Assembly: GCA_012295275.1 (NCBI GenBank)
Contig: CM022675.1
Location: 5,642,001 to 5,706,000, forward strand
Direction of reading: 5' to 3'
From: Chrysomallon squamiferum
Taxonomy: Eukaryota; Animalia; Mollusca
DNA: 64,000 nucleotides
Made by a program: the position numbers and the translations under genes. Under the pieces are notes generated by a model, which did no database searches, was not told where the DNA came from, and saw nothing but the letters and a program-made list of their open reading frames with translations. Of the stretch, positions 48,425 to 62,420 are shown one piece after another (within the stretch, counting starts at the first letter, position 1; each line of letters starts with the position of its first letter).

Positions 48425-51400
48425 CTAAAGAGGTGTTTTAATCACAGAATTACCAATATTTACGTTAGCACCTTTGTCAATCAGTGCTTTCACAATATTT
48501 TCAGTTTCATGTTTAGCTGCTATGTGTAAAACAGAATTGTTATCAGTGTCTTTTATATTAGGATCAGCTCCATGCTCCAGTAAATACAAAACTACTTTGT
48601 CCTGTTGGTGATTAACAGCGGCGAGAAGAGGAGTTTCACCTGCATTATTTTTAATATTTACATCAACACCTTTTTCAATCAGTGCTGTCACAAGTTTTCT
48701 ATGTCCAAATTTAGCTGCTAGGTGTAAAACAGAATTATTATATCTATCCGTTAAATTAGGATCAGCTCCATGTGCTAGCAAATTAAAAATTATTTTTTTG
48801 TCATCATCAGTAAAGTGCAGACAGTAAGATACATCAACGTATCTGGCTGTAAGTGCAAGAAGAGGAGTTTCACCACTACTGTTTTTAGTATTCACATCAG
48901 CACCTTTTTCAATCATAGCTCTCACTATTTGTGCATTTCCATAGTTAGGTGCTGTGTTTAAAAAATAAATTCTATCACTGTCTGTTAAATCAGGATCAGC
49001 TCCATGTACGTTCGTGTGATCATCAGCATGGTAGCGATAATCTTCAAGTTTATCAGGGAAATTAGCTGTAAGTGTGAGAAGAGGTGTATCACCTTCGTTG
49101 TTTTTAATATTTACGTCAGCACCTTTTTCAATCAGTGCTGTGAAAATTTCTACATTTCCATATTTAGCTGCTATATGCAAAGGAGAATTGTTATCATTGT
49201 CTGTTAAATTAGGATCAGCTCCATGCTCCAGCAAATACAAAACTATATTGCTGTGATAATAATTAAGGTAATTATAAGGTTGACACATAGTTGTAAGTAT
49301 AGGAGTTTGACCTTTATTGTTTTTAATATTTACATCAAACCCTTTTTCAGTCAGCGCCCTCAAAATTTTTATTCGTAACCCCTTAGCTGCCATGTGTAAA
49401 ACAGAATTGTTATCCCTGTCTGTTAATTTAGGATCAGCTCCATGTTCAAGTAAACACAAAACTACTGCATATTCCCCATATTTCACAGCTATATGAAGAG
49501 GAGTTTTACCTTCGTTGCTTTTTTTATTTACATCAACACCTTTTCCAATTAGTGCTGTCACAATTTCTGTTTTTCCACATTGAGCTGCTAGGTGCAAAAG
49601 TAAATTGATATGGTTCTCTGTTATATTAAGGTCAGCTCCATGTTCCAGTAAATATACAAATACTTTTGAAACGTTAACATTAGAGAATCGATTATGCTGA
49701 GGTCCATTACAATATATAGCAGTAAAAACAGGATTTTCTCCTTTACTATTCAGAATATTTACATCAAAGGCTTTTTCAATCAGTGCGGTCACTATTTTTA
49801 TATGTCCATGTTTAGCAGCTAGGTGTAAAACAGAATTTTTATCCAGGTCTGTTATACTAGAATCAGCTCCATGTTCCAGCAAATACAAAAATACATTGCA
49901 ATATTGATCAGGAAACATTTCGGATTTATCACAATCTACAGCTGCAAGGAGAGGCGTCTCACCTCTGCTATTTAAAATATTTACGTCAAAACCTTTCTCA
50001 ATCAGAGCTGTCACAATTTCTATATTTGCATCTTTAGCTGCTATGTGTAAAAGAGAATTGTTATCACTGTCTGTTAAATTAGGATCAGCTCCATTTTCCA
50101 GTAAATACGAAACTACTTTGTCCTGTTGGTGATTAACAGCTGCTAGAAGAGGAGATTCACCTTCATTGTTTCTAATATTTACATCAACACCTTTTTCAAC
50201 CACTGTTGTCACAATTTCAATTTCTCCACATACCGCTGCCATAAATAAAACAGAAATGTTTCTATTATCTGTTAAATTAGGATCCGCACCATGTTTTAGC
50301 AAATACAAAGCTGCTCTGCAATGTTCATTACTACAGTCAGGATGATTGTGCCATATATGAAAACATAAAGCTGTAAGAAGAGGAGTTTTACCTTTGTTGT
50401 TTTTAATATTTACGTCAACACCTTTTTCAGTCAGTGCTGTCATAATTTGAATATTTCCATGTTCAGCTGCCAAGTGTAAAACAGAATTCTTATTACTGTC
50501 TGTTAAATTTGGATCAGCTCCATGTTCCAATAAATAAAAAAATAGTTTGCTCTGTTTCTGGTTCACAGCTATAAGAAGAGGAGTTTCATCAAAATTGTTT
50601 TTAGTATTTACATCAGCACCTTCTTCAATCAGTGCTGTCACAATTTCAATATTTTCATCTAAAGAAAAATTAGTATCACTTCGAAATAGTTGTAAATATA
50701 AAAAAAATCCATAGCTGACGAAAGAGTCCACAGCTGTAAGAAGAGGAGTTTCACGTTTATTGTTTTTAATATTTACATCGGCACCTTTTCTAATCATTGC
50801 TGTAACAATTTCTATTCTTCTGTGTTCAGCTGCCAGGTGTAAAACAGAATTCTTATCCCTGTCTGTTAAATTAGGATCAGCTCCATGTTCCAGCAAATAC
50901 AAAATTACACTCAAGTGATCATGATTAAGCTTCTGATTAAGCCTCTGATGTTCCTTACAGTATGTAGCTGTAAGAGCAAGAAGAGGTGTTTCACCTTTAC
51001 AGTTTTTTACATTTACATCAACACCTTTTTCTATCAGTGCTGTCACAATTTCTATATTTCCTAGTTTAGCTGCCAGATGTAAAACAGAATTGTTATCACT
51101 GTCTGTTAAATTAGGATCAGCCCCATTTTCAAGTAAATAAAAAGCTACTTTGTTCTGTTTGTAGTTCACAGCTGTAAAAAGAGGAGTTTTACTTTTATTG
51201 GTTTTAATATTTACATCTACACCTTTTTCTATCAGTGCTATCACAATTTCTAAATTTCCACATTTACTTGCTTTGTGCAAACTAGAATTGTTATCACTGT
51301 CTGTTAAAATAGGATCAGCCCCATGTTCCAGTAAATAAAGAGCTACTTTGTTCTGTTTGTAGTTCACAGCTGTAAAAAGAGGAGTTTTACCTTTATTGTT

Positions 51401-54400
51401 TTTAATATTTACATCTACACCTTTTTCTATCAGTGCTGTCACAATTACTAAATTTCCACATTTACTTGCATTGTGCAAAACAGAATTGTTATCAGTGTCT
51501 ATTAAATTAGGATCAGCTCCATGTTCCAGCAAATACAAAACTACTCTGCAGTGAACTATATACGGGTATACAGCTGTAATTGTAAGGAGAGGAGTTTCAC
51601 CTCTACAGTTTTTAATATTTACATCTGCACCTTTTTCAATCAAAGCTGTCACAATTTCTATATTTCCGTTTTTAGCTGCTGTGTGTAAAACATAATTATT
51701 ATCAGTGTCTCTTAAATTAGCATCAGCTCCATTTTTAAGCAGATAGAAACTTACATTGTCTTCGTTATGTTTCACAGCTGTAAGAAGAGCAGTTTCACCT
51801 GCATTGTCTTTAATATTTACATCAACACCTTTTTCTGTCAGTGCTGTAAAAATGTCTATTCTTCCATGTTTAGCTGCTAGATGTAAAATATAATTGTCAC
51901 TACCATCTGATATATTTGGATCAGCTCCATGTTTCAGTAAATAAAAAATTACTTTCCAGTGTTCATCACTGGCGTAACTCAGAGCTGTAAAAAGAGGAGT
52001 TTTACTTTCATTATTCGTACTGTTCACATTAGCACCCTTTTCAATCAATGTTGTTACAGCATCCACATATCCAAGTTCAGCTGCTAGGTGTAAAGCTGAA
52101 TTCTTATTTTGATCTGTAATGTTAGTATTAGCTCCATTTTCTAGTAAAAACGATGCTAATTCTTTTCTGTGCTTCCTTACAACTACAGCTTCATGAAGAG
52201 AACTTTTCCCCTTCCTGTTTACTGCATTAATATCAGCATTTCGTTTTACCAGTGATTTTATCAAATCTAAGTTTTCACGGAGAACTGAAATGTGGAGAGG
52301 TGAGTCAGAAGGCAATAAATGCACACTGGTCTCTCTACGGAGAAGTGAAATGTCGAGAGGTGAGTGAGAAGGCAATAACCACCGAATCACATCATTAGTA
52401 CAGTTTTCATTAACCCTGTTAAACCAATCAATCAACGTCCTGTCAACAGCTACAAGAGCATTAGGATCAGCTCCTTTATCAAGTAAACACTCAACAACAT
52501 CTGCACTGTTAAACATCACTGCTACTTTCAATACTTTACTTTTATTCCAGGTGTTATCATCTTTATCATTTCGTCTCTTGTCAATGAGAAAATTCACTGT
52601 GTCAACAGAACCCCATATTGCTGCTGCTAAAAGAACTTTATCTCTGTTCTCATCATTTAAACAATCAGGTTTCAGTTTTACTATTTCTTTTATAACACCT
52701 GAATTCCTCTGACCAGCGGCAATGATGGCAATGTTTTCAATTTTGTTTAATATTTCAATAGTAACCAGATTCTTAAAAAGACGAGTCGTATCTATATCTT
52801 TATTGATCGGTGAGTTTTGGATATATCTATCACTTAAAGTTTCATGTACAGATGTATGGAACCTAAGCAATAACAGTTTCACAGCTTTTCCCTTGATTTT
52901 ACTTTTGTCCTTCTCATTATTAATAATGTTAACCAACAAACAGGCAATGTTCATGTTACCTGAATAAATTGAAAGTTTTAACAAATGAGAATACTGGTTT
53001 AAATTCACCTTTTCATACTGTAAAACTTCTTTGAATATGGTAACATTGTCTGTTTTGCAACAGGCAGCTACTCTAAATGTATCAGATGTTGGAATAACAC
53101 CTGAATGTAGCAACATGTTCACAACATCTTCATCTCCAAATAAACAAGAAACATCCAAAAGTTCTCTTTTCTGGTCTGTGAACTTCATTTTACACAGTTC
53201 TGATGTCAAATACCTCGACAGTGTTCTTAGTCCATTCACAACACACTCACTTGCAACAGATGATGAATACATCTGTTTTTGTTTAACTGTCAAATACAGG
53301 CAGGATAATGTCCAACAGTCTGAATGACCGTCATGGAAATGTGCAATATTCTCATATATATCAATGAAATTTTCGCCTACCTGAAATGCAAAATAATAAC
53401 TTGTTCGATGCAGTTTCGTTTCCAGTATTTCGGACAATTTACCATAGAAGTGTTTTTTCTCAATGAGATATTTTAGAAACTCTTCATCTTTCAGTGATGG
53501 ATGTGAAGTAATTTCTCTGGCATTGTATGATGCCAGCAAATCACTAAATCTGCGAGCAAGAACATCAAAGCAGTCACGTCTGACAGTCATTGTAATGTGA
53601 CTTTTATTAGACACACCAGGTGTCACAACATATTCTAACAACATGGAGACAGGACACACTTCTAGCAACTCTGCTGCTCTCTTTGGAAACTCTGATGAAA
53701 ATATTAGAAACAACGAGTCAAATACTGACTGGTGAATAAAAAAGTATCTTTTGTCATAACAACTCAAATAGGTACCACACATCACATCAGCTGCTTTCTT
53801 TATATCTGCAAAATCAGTGTTTTTTAGACTTGGACAGACACGCTCTAGCAATTTTACTAATTTCATTATTTCACTGTCACTGTCAATTTCAAATGGGTTC
53901 TACAAGTTAATATCGAGAGTGCCTTGCTGAAACATGATCAGCAGTAGAACGAGATAATTGATCTGTAAGGATTGATCAGTTTTCATATTTCCCAATTGTT
54001 CTCTCAGATATTCTACAGGTTTCTTAAAAAACTCAACTCCTCTTTTTCGTGCATCACTTGAATTAACATAATACACACATACCTGAGGAAACCCTAGCTC
54101 TGTACATGATTCCTCAATGACAGTTTCTTTGTCCTCTTCGTGCACTGTAACATCTTTTTGTTTGAGATATCTGTTTAGAATTTCTTCCTTTTCATCATAA
54201 CTGAGACAAAATTCATAACTCTGTAGATCAAGGAGATGATTCTCATTAAATAGATCAAATTCGTTCAAATTGGTTTCACTTTCTGCAAATATTTGATTTC
54301 GTAAGGTAATAATACATTTCACAGAACCATCCTGAACAAGACTCCAGACCGTTGGAAATTTTGGTTGCCATGACAGCCTAAAATCTGAAATAAGGTTAGT

Positions 54401-56810
54401 TTTACCAAATATATCATCGATGAGAATAATACATTTTTTATCTTTAGATACAGGGATATCATTGAATTCAGTGTGGTGAGTCAGCAAGTAAGGTTCTCTT
54501 TTCTCTTCTTTTTCTATTTGCCTCATAATGCTCAAAGCTAGAGTTGTCTTTCCTGAACCTGGACAGCCTATTACAATCAGAACACCTTTCTTCTTCAAAA
54601 TTGCAACACCTATTTCTTCTGCTCTTGTTTCAACATAGAGATTCCAATCAACTGAGTTTATCCTTGATGTGGTAGACACTGCATCACAACAAGTTAGAAA
54701 ATATTAAAATCTACTATAAACTGTTTTATAATTGTTTGTACTATATAAAATTAACTTTATTTTTTCTTAGTAAGAATTAGTTTATAATATTTATTCATCA
54801 ATGTTAAGATTAGAAACAACCAGATGATTATCTTGTTATTAAAGGACATATTTCAAAACAATGTAAGGACTAGAACAGGAAGAAAAAAAAAATCACCTTT
54901 CATATTTGATGCTCTTCCATCACTCTTTACTGAAATAATATAAAAATAAAAACAATAACTTTCTGTTGTTTACAAGTAAACAAGAATTATAAACAGCAAT
55001 CTGTACAATTACACTTCAGCTGAGTCTTAAAAGAGTAAATGTGTAACATTATTTTTATATCTTTCTGATTGATTTTACTATAATCAGTACTGCTACTGTT
55101 GTTGTTTCTTGATAATATTATTAATTTATTTATTGTTTTAATTGATTTTGTCATTGTTGATATTATTGTTGTTGTTGTTGTATATATACTTTGAGGAGCA
55201 TTTCAATATTTATTGATGATCTATTAAAATCATTGAAACATGGACATTATTTAGAAATATGTGTGCATGTGTGTGTGTGTGTGTGTGTATGTGTTGTTCT
55301 TATCACAGTCTCGTAGAAAAATACTAAAGATTATCTATACGTCTTGCAAAAAAAAAAAAAACCTTCAGTTTTTAACTTACTAGTGTTCACAATTTGATTT
55401 CCTATCACAACATTTTTGTTATGAGATAGGGCCTGGTAATTTTGAACTGAGCTGATATTTACATTTTGTTCTGTCATTGTCTGTGTTCTTGTGGTATCTG
55501 TAAAATGGTAAATGAACTGACTTAAATGCACTGCTTAAAAACAATTTCTAAAAATGTTTTTTTTTTTTTTTTTTTTGTCTATATATAGAACAGTACAGCA
55601 TACAGTATTTATTAAATGTATTATTTTTAAATATAACTATATAAAAAAAAAATCTGTTTAATATTGTTTGTTAACTGATTATTTTTGTAAGTACTAAGAA
55701 GTAAGTATTACTTTACAGTATTAAAATAAACAAAAGTAAATTCAAAAATAATTACAACAGTCATGATTGTAATCAAAATAGTAATTGGTGTGTGTTTTGC
55801 TTTAAAGTTTTCATAGGTCAAAGAAACAGGATATAAAGGTTTTTGAATTGTTAATTTTTTAGCAATATAAATCAGAAAAGTGTGTATGTTCAATAGTGTT
55901 ATAACCATAAAATTGTCAGCACACACTTTAAAGTGAAAGTAAAAACAACAGAAATAAACAATAACTGCTTGAGATTAAACAATATACTGAAAAACTGCAC
56001 TGTTACATTTATAAAAATTAAATTTGTTTGGTTTTACCTGCCCATCAAATTAGTAAACTACATTGTAGAAAACTACTGTGCTATTAATTACCTTTACAAG
56101 ATGTGATTGTTGACACTTGTGGCTGTGCAGTATCCATGCCTGAAGTAGTTGCTGCTGTGGTGTTGTCCTGTTTTTCATCATCTGAATCAGAAGTAGATGT
56201 AGCTGTGGTGTTGTCTGAATCCTTTTTTTCATCATCCATATTGGCTGATGTGTAAAATATCAGTTTACATACTGATAGATTGCTAATATTACATTCAATT
56301 CTGTGTTTAAGTTGTTATATTGTGACATTGGATTCTGTTAAATAAACACACACATACACACGCTCATGTGTATATGTCAAGGGGTTCACACCTTTAAACA
56401 CCTTATATTGTTTTTTTATGGCTCAGTCTAGGGAAACAAGGTGCTTTAATGGCCACCTAACAAGGAATATAAACTCTAAATTGACAGCAATCTATATAAA
56501 TCAATAAGTCTATTTATCCATCAGAGAAATAAACACAACACCAGTTAATTATGAAATGCAGGTGAGTTGATAATAATGCATTATACAGTGATAAAACACA
56601 CGTTTAAGTAATTTTGATTAATGATACGAGAAAGGTCATACGGGGAATGAAGACAAAATAAGAATCTGCATGGAGGCAGATTAAACAATTACAATGTTAG
56701 GAATAATAAATGTTACTGACACAGGTTAATTGCACATTACAACCTATCAAAATAAGAATAGACAATTGCTTACCATACTCATCTGTAAAGGCAATGTCAT
56801 TGAAAAACAT
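48425..56810 (-). pseudogene. NLR-like STAND NTPase-ankyrin gene, copy 2, with an in-frame premature stop. Exons: 56810-56774, 56244-56092, 55497-55381, 54929-54897, 54678-48425
   Basis: Same exon structure and motifs as copy 1. TAG at 53902-53900 replaces TTG (Leu) of copy 1. The frame continues unchanged (11 codons, then ATG at 53866) into an 1813-aa ankyrin ORF, which ends at KTPL* in the middle of a repeat. Confidence 0.8.
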
Positions 56811-56860
56811 TTGGTTTCCCCCCCTGACTGAATTCTCGTCTTGACCGTTTTCTTCGCTAA

Positions 56861-56870
56861 CTTTATATAC
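56861..56870 (-). promoter_or_regulatory. TATA-like box upstream of the copy-2 first coding exon
   Basis: Minus-strand GTATATAAAG about 55 nt upstream of ATG 56810; copy 1 has GTAAATAAAG at the equivalent site. Confidence 0.3.
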
Positions 56871-57090
56871 CAAATGCCAGCCTTTTTTATAACAGTGCCA
56901 CAGAAAGAACAAAAGGAGCAGATGTGATTGTAGTTGCAATTAAAGTTATGCAATTTCAATTCAATCTCTTAAAAATAAAGGAGAGGATGTGATTTGAAGT
57001 AACAATTTTGATTATGCAATCTGAATTCCGTATATATATATATATATATTCCCCCCGCTGGGGTTATCTAGAATTCAGGAAAGATAAATA

Positions 57091-57142
<52 letters not shown>

Positions 57143-57585
57143 GTATTTTTATGTGTTTTACAGTACAGTTCTTTCTTCCAGATAATAATAATGATAATAT
57201 TTCGTCACACACACACCCAGGGTGTGCATTTAATATTTAGCTGCTCCCCATGGCAGCTTAAAATATCAAGAAATTTGCACATATTGCATTATGTATCAAA
57301 ATTCAAATAACTGATGTTTCAAAGTCACTAAGAACTTATTTTCTATACATTGTTTTCTACTGGTTCCTACACGGTCCCTGACTACTCATGTAATAGAAAT
57401 TAGCCTTTGAAACCGCCTGCTTCTGGAATGTATAAGCTATTCTTTCCTTTGGTAAATACAAAACAATAGACCATTGATTAAGCAGAATGAAATATGCCTT
57501 CGTCCAACTTCTTTGTTTTTATGATATCTTTACATAAGATGCGCCTGCAAACATATATTAAATAACTTTTGTAGTTATTAATAAC

Positions 57586-57732
57586 CTTTACAAGATGTGA
57601 TACTTGACATTTGTGGATGTAAATCGTGTACAGTATCTGAGTTAGAAGTAAATGCAGCTGTGTTGTTATCAGACAAAGGAACAAATCTGGTTTTATAACT
57701 GACTGAACCTTCTTTTGCACAATCCATATTTG
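57586..57732 (-). other. Paralogous copy of NLR-like exon 2 (147 nt, phase 1-1, open frame NMDCAKEGSVSYKTRFVPLSDNNTAAFTSNSDTVHDLHPQMSSITSCK)
   Basis: CAG acceptor, GTTATT donor, no stops; same termini (NMD...TSCK) as exon 19884-20084. Confidence 0.6.
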
Positions 57733-58424
57733 CTGAACAGTAAAGTTTCAGTTTTAGTACAAATCTTAGCCTTATAGATTGATATTATTACATTTTGTTC
57801 TATCGATAGGTTTAAAAGCAACATAATAATAACAACGAATTAAAAGTTCGCCATAAAAGAGCAATGTTTTTTATTGACTTTGCTATAATTACTGCTATTA
57901 TCATTAAAATGACTGACGTTGTTGTTGGTTTTTTTATGTATACTTTGTGTAGTATTTCAATATTTAATTGAGATAATAATGATACTTTGTGTAGTATTTC
58001 AGTATTCACTGGAGACGATAATGGTACTACTTACAGTGTTTCAATATTTAGAGTGATCTTTTAAAAACACTGAAGTACACAGACCATTACAAATGTGACC
58101 AAAAACGTAATTGGTTTAATAATGTTAATGAGAAATGTGTGTTTCTGTGTACATATAAATCAGAAAACTGTGTACAGATCAAACTAATTCTTTATTTCCT
58201 CCAACAGTGCTATAACTTTAAAATTATCAGCATACACTATAAAGTGAAAGTAAAATCAACAGAAATAATAATAAGTCAGTCCTCTGTCAGAGTAGAATTG
58301 TCTGACATTAAACAATAACCTGAGAAATTGCACTAATGCAGAGATAAATAATAACTGTTTCTGTTTAGATGTAACCATGAAAGTATTATACTACATTGTA
58401 GAGAAATATTGTGTGATTAATTAC

Positions 58425-58529
58425 CTTCCCAAGATGCAATACTTGACAATTGTGGCTGTGCAGTGGCCGAATCTGAAGTAGCTGCAGCTGTGATGTCGTC
58501 TGAATCCTCTTTTTCATCATCCATAATGG
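58425..58529 (-). other. Paralogous copy of NLR-like exon 2 (105 nt, phase 1-1, open frame IMDDEKEDSDDITAAATSDSATAQPQLSSIASWE)
   Basis: CAG acceptor, GTAATT donor, no stops; the flanking intron 58200-58420 is similar to 19660-19880. Confidence 0.65.
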
Positions 58530-58577
58530 CTGAACTGTAAAGTATCAGTTTTAAGTATTGTTAACATTACATACATA

Positions 58578-58731
<154 letters not shown>

Positions 58732-59884
58732 ATTATTAATACATTGTTTCCTACTAGTTCCCCTATGGTCCCAGACTACTGATTTAATAGCAATTAGCCT
58801 TTGGAAACTCCAAATGCTGGAATGCTTAAACTATGCTTTCCTTTGATAAATACAGAACAATGGACCTTTGATTCAGCAAAATTAACCATGCCTGCCTCCA
58901 GCTTCTCTGTTTTTATTGTATCTTTACATAATATGCAACTGGAGAGAGACATCAAAGAACTTTTGTAGTTAAATCACAAAATTCACCAAGTGATGTTTCT
59001 TTTGCTTACAAATGAGTGTATCGTGTAATTCTATTTGTGATATTTAAATACCAGTTATGTTGTGTGGTATTACAAGACACTGTAGTGAAAGACAATTTCT
59101 TTAAGAAACCACAGAAACATTAATTACTTTTTAGGGCAATGATATTTTGAACTGATGATGTTTATTAATAATTAAGCTTCACTGCTAGTTTTCACTGCAT
59201 TAGACACCATAAGCCACACACCAGAAGAACTGTGACTTCAGCCTTCCTTATTGGATATGTTTTTTCTATTAAAATGAGCTACGAACCAGTTTTGGTGAAT
59301 TAAAAGTAGGATGCTTCAATGATTTACATGTAAACAATGCAATTTAGTTGCTGTGATTAGGCTGCGACAAGTGCGCTGATTCGCCAGATAGCATCCGAGT
59401 CTGCAGACTTCAGGTTTTGCCGACTACTGTCTGTTCTGCTCTGAGACATAAACTGTTATCTTGTTTGCAGAATTTTAGTATCACAAACTAAACAAAACAG
59501 CAGAACAACCAATGACTATTTTGGGTTTTTATTTTTTTTTTTATTTTTAGTAGCACCATTAGTAAAAATGTCAGAAATGGTCATATGATAGGAAACTTTT
59601 GTTTTGCAGTGAAAGTTATGTTTCTGTTTCACATATACAACTTATCACACGTGGATGTTGAATTAACCTCTGTCTCATGAATACAGACATTTTATTGCCA
59701 CTAATATGTATCTGCAAGGAATTTTTGTTTAAAGTAATAAAAAGAGAGTATCTGAAACGAGGGCTTATTTTCGTATCTACGTTGTTTTGTTTTGTAATAT
59801 TATTTATTTTGTTTTATTTTCAATACATTCTTTGAGTCCAGGTACCTATAATATTGCACAACTAACCAATAAAAAACTAATGAT

Positions 59885-59923
<39 letters not shown>

Positions 59924-62285
59924 CATTAATTGATCATTTATTATTTATTTATTCATTTATTTATTTATTTATTTATGTATTTATTTATTTATTTATTTGT
60001 GCTTGAAATATTTATTAGCACCGTTAGTGAAAATGTCAGAATGGTCATGATAGGTAACTTTTGTTTTGCAGTCAAAGCTATGTTTCTGCAACACCATTCA
60101 AGCGTAGACTCCATGTACAAGCTCAGTGTGTATTTTCTAGTGGATTACAATTAAACATCAAACTGTTTGACGTCTTTTTAACAAATATATACATCACAGT
60201 AGTTTGTTTTTAACATATTACCTCTAATTATTTAAAATACATAAGAGTAAAACATTAAGGAATATGTCTAAAAGAAAGTTATGCTGTGCTCTTTAAAGAT
60301 TTTTGCATATATCTCATTTTTTGTCACTCAGTGTCATTTTCAACCACCTTGTAATGCAATAATCAATTTTACGACCAAATCATTTAAAAATGCAGAATTT
60401 CAAATATAATGTGAAACTATAATGTAAAAAAAATAATGAAAATAAATGAATAAATAATAATAGTAATAATAATAATCATAATAATAATAATAATAATAAT
60501 AAAACAAATAAATTAAAATACAATTAATTCGGGCAAAAATGGTAGTTTAGCCACTCTTTAACCTCAGACAAATGTTAGCAAATGTGGAGCGAACACAGAT
60601 AAATTCTAATTCATTCTTGCTGACACTACCCAGACTTCTTTTCTCAAAGTTTTTGGCTTCATGGCGCCTTCTAAAGGTATGGTTGCTATGCACGTCCTGA
60701 CATGAGGGGAGAGTTCAGAAACCATTTTAACCATGACAGATTCTGAGAAATTCCGTTTGAGACAATACTAAAACTGTCAAAGCTCAGTCAGTTTAAATGG
60801 AAATAAACAAATATTTTGTATCTTGTCTCTTTGTTACTTTGTTTTTTAATTTAAAATAAATGAGCTAAAAATAATTTCCGACAGAATCTCAATGCCTAGT
60901 AAAACCGCCATCACTGACAAGGACATATAACTTCTGCACGAAAAGTGCCTTAATGTCACGTTGCTAATTTTGTAAACAAAGTAAATCGACTGATCTGCCT
61001 ATCATTTCGATTGTTTATATTTATCTGTTAATTACAGGGTATATGTAAATATAAGAAGTAATAATTAACTAGCTATTAACTTTTATAGTTTAAATATATT
61101 AATGACATGTAATATTTTTGTGTAAATAGAAACATCGTTTATCAAACTGCAGACTCGACTGACAGTCGACTCAGTGTCACAGTGACCCTGCCTAACAACA
61201 ATCCGCCATTTTAATCGCGTGATTCTAAATCCCGCGTGAATCCTCGAGATTATTAGTTCGTACACCTCCGCGATTGTACCTGGTTACACCCGACTACATT
61301 CATTTTATATTTACTGGCATTCGTATCAAGATGAAAAGTAGTTTAACAAATATCATTTGGCTGAATAAACGTTTTACTTTTATTTATTCTAAAAATTATC
61401 TTACAATTATCTAAAAGTCGACAGATTTACAATTCGAAGTTGTAAGAAAACAAGTATGAAGTTTTTATGAACAGTTTAATCCTTTCTCAACGATTTGTCA
61501 TTAACTTGACAGAACTGGGGCGCATTAAATCATTTTGAAAATGCTCTGCGCAAAACTTATCGTCTCGGATTTCGAAGGTTTAGGAACTTTTAATGTAATA
61601 CAAAGAGAGTGTCCGAAAGAAGGGTTTGTGCACTTAGTCTACATTTTCTTATCTACATTGTTTTGTTTTCTAATATTATTTATTTTGTTTTATTTTCAAT
61701 ATATTCTTTGAGACCAAGTACCTATAATATTGAACAGAACACTGATAAATTGTAATTCATTCTTGCTGAAGCTACCTAGACTTTATTTATCAAAGTTTTT
61801 TCTCGTCGAAATGCTTGGTTGCTATGGACATCAGGGCCAAACTTCCAAAGCAGTTTTTCTCAATTCATGATTCTGAGAAATTCAGCTTTTGGTAACATTA
61901 AGAATATCAATGCTAAGTCAATCTTCATTGTAACTAACAAACATTACAGTGATAATCTCTGCACGAAAAGTGAATTAATGTCACGTTCCTAATTTTGTAA
62001 ACAAACTAAACTGACTGATCTGCCAATCGTTTCCATTTTTTATTTTAATTATACGATATATGTAAACAATCAGAATTAATAATTACGTAGATATTTAACT
62101 TTTATATTTTATATGACTTTTTTAAACCACAGACTGGACTGTCAGTGGACTCAGTATCACACAGTTTGAGAGTGAAAGTGACAAACCACATCCGCATGAC
62201 CTATAATTAATATTACATGAAAATACAGTGTCATATTATAAAAAATGAAACTAAATATGAAGAGACAAATTAAATACACCCTTAC

Positions 62286-62420
62286 CTCCAAAATAGAAGC
62301 AATTAACTAACCAATTCTTTCTAGCTTTTTTCATTTTAATTTGCAGTGCGACTGCCGCCTAACAACAAGCCGCCATTTTAGTCGCGTGATTTGAGATAAC
62401 GTGAACCCTCGAGATTATTA
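62286..62420 (-). promoter_or_regulatory. Putative promoter / non-coding first exon: YY1-type AAAATGGCGG followed by donor GAG|GTAAGG; repeated at 63597-63725, degenerate at 49-180
   Basis: ccgccatttt at 62370-62379, a CpG cluster (gtcgcgtga, ctcgag) in an otherwise CpG-poor background, and ccttacctc at 62280-62288. Confidence 0.4.

Larger units (their letters stand above)
35720..57029 (+). repeat. Segmental duplication, unit B
   Basis: Direct-orientation paralog of 330-20881. Confidence 0.92.

Noticed and set aside
58960-59300. GPCR pseudogene (hydrophobic VTVLLVCGLW and NFVI pieces)
   Set aside because: Fragments are too short and broken, with no DRY motif or ordered 7TM pattern.
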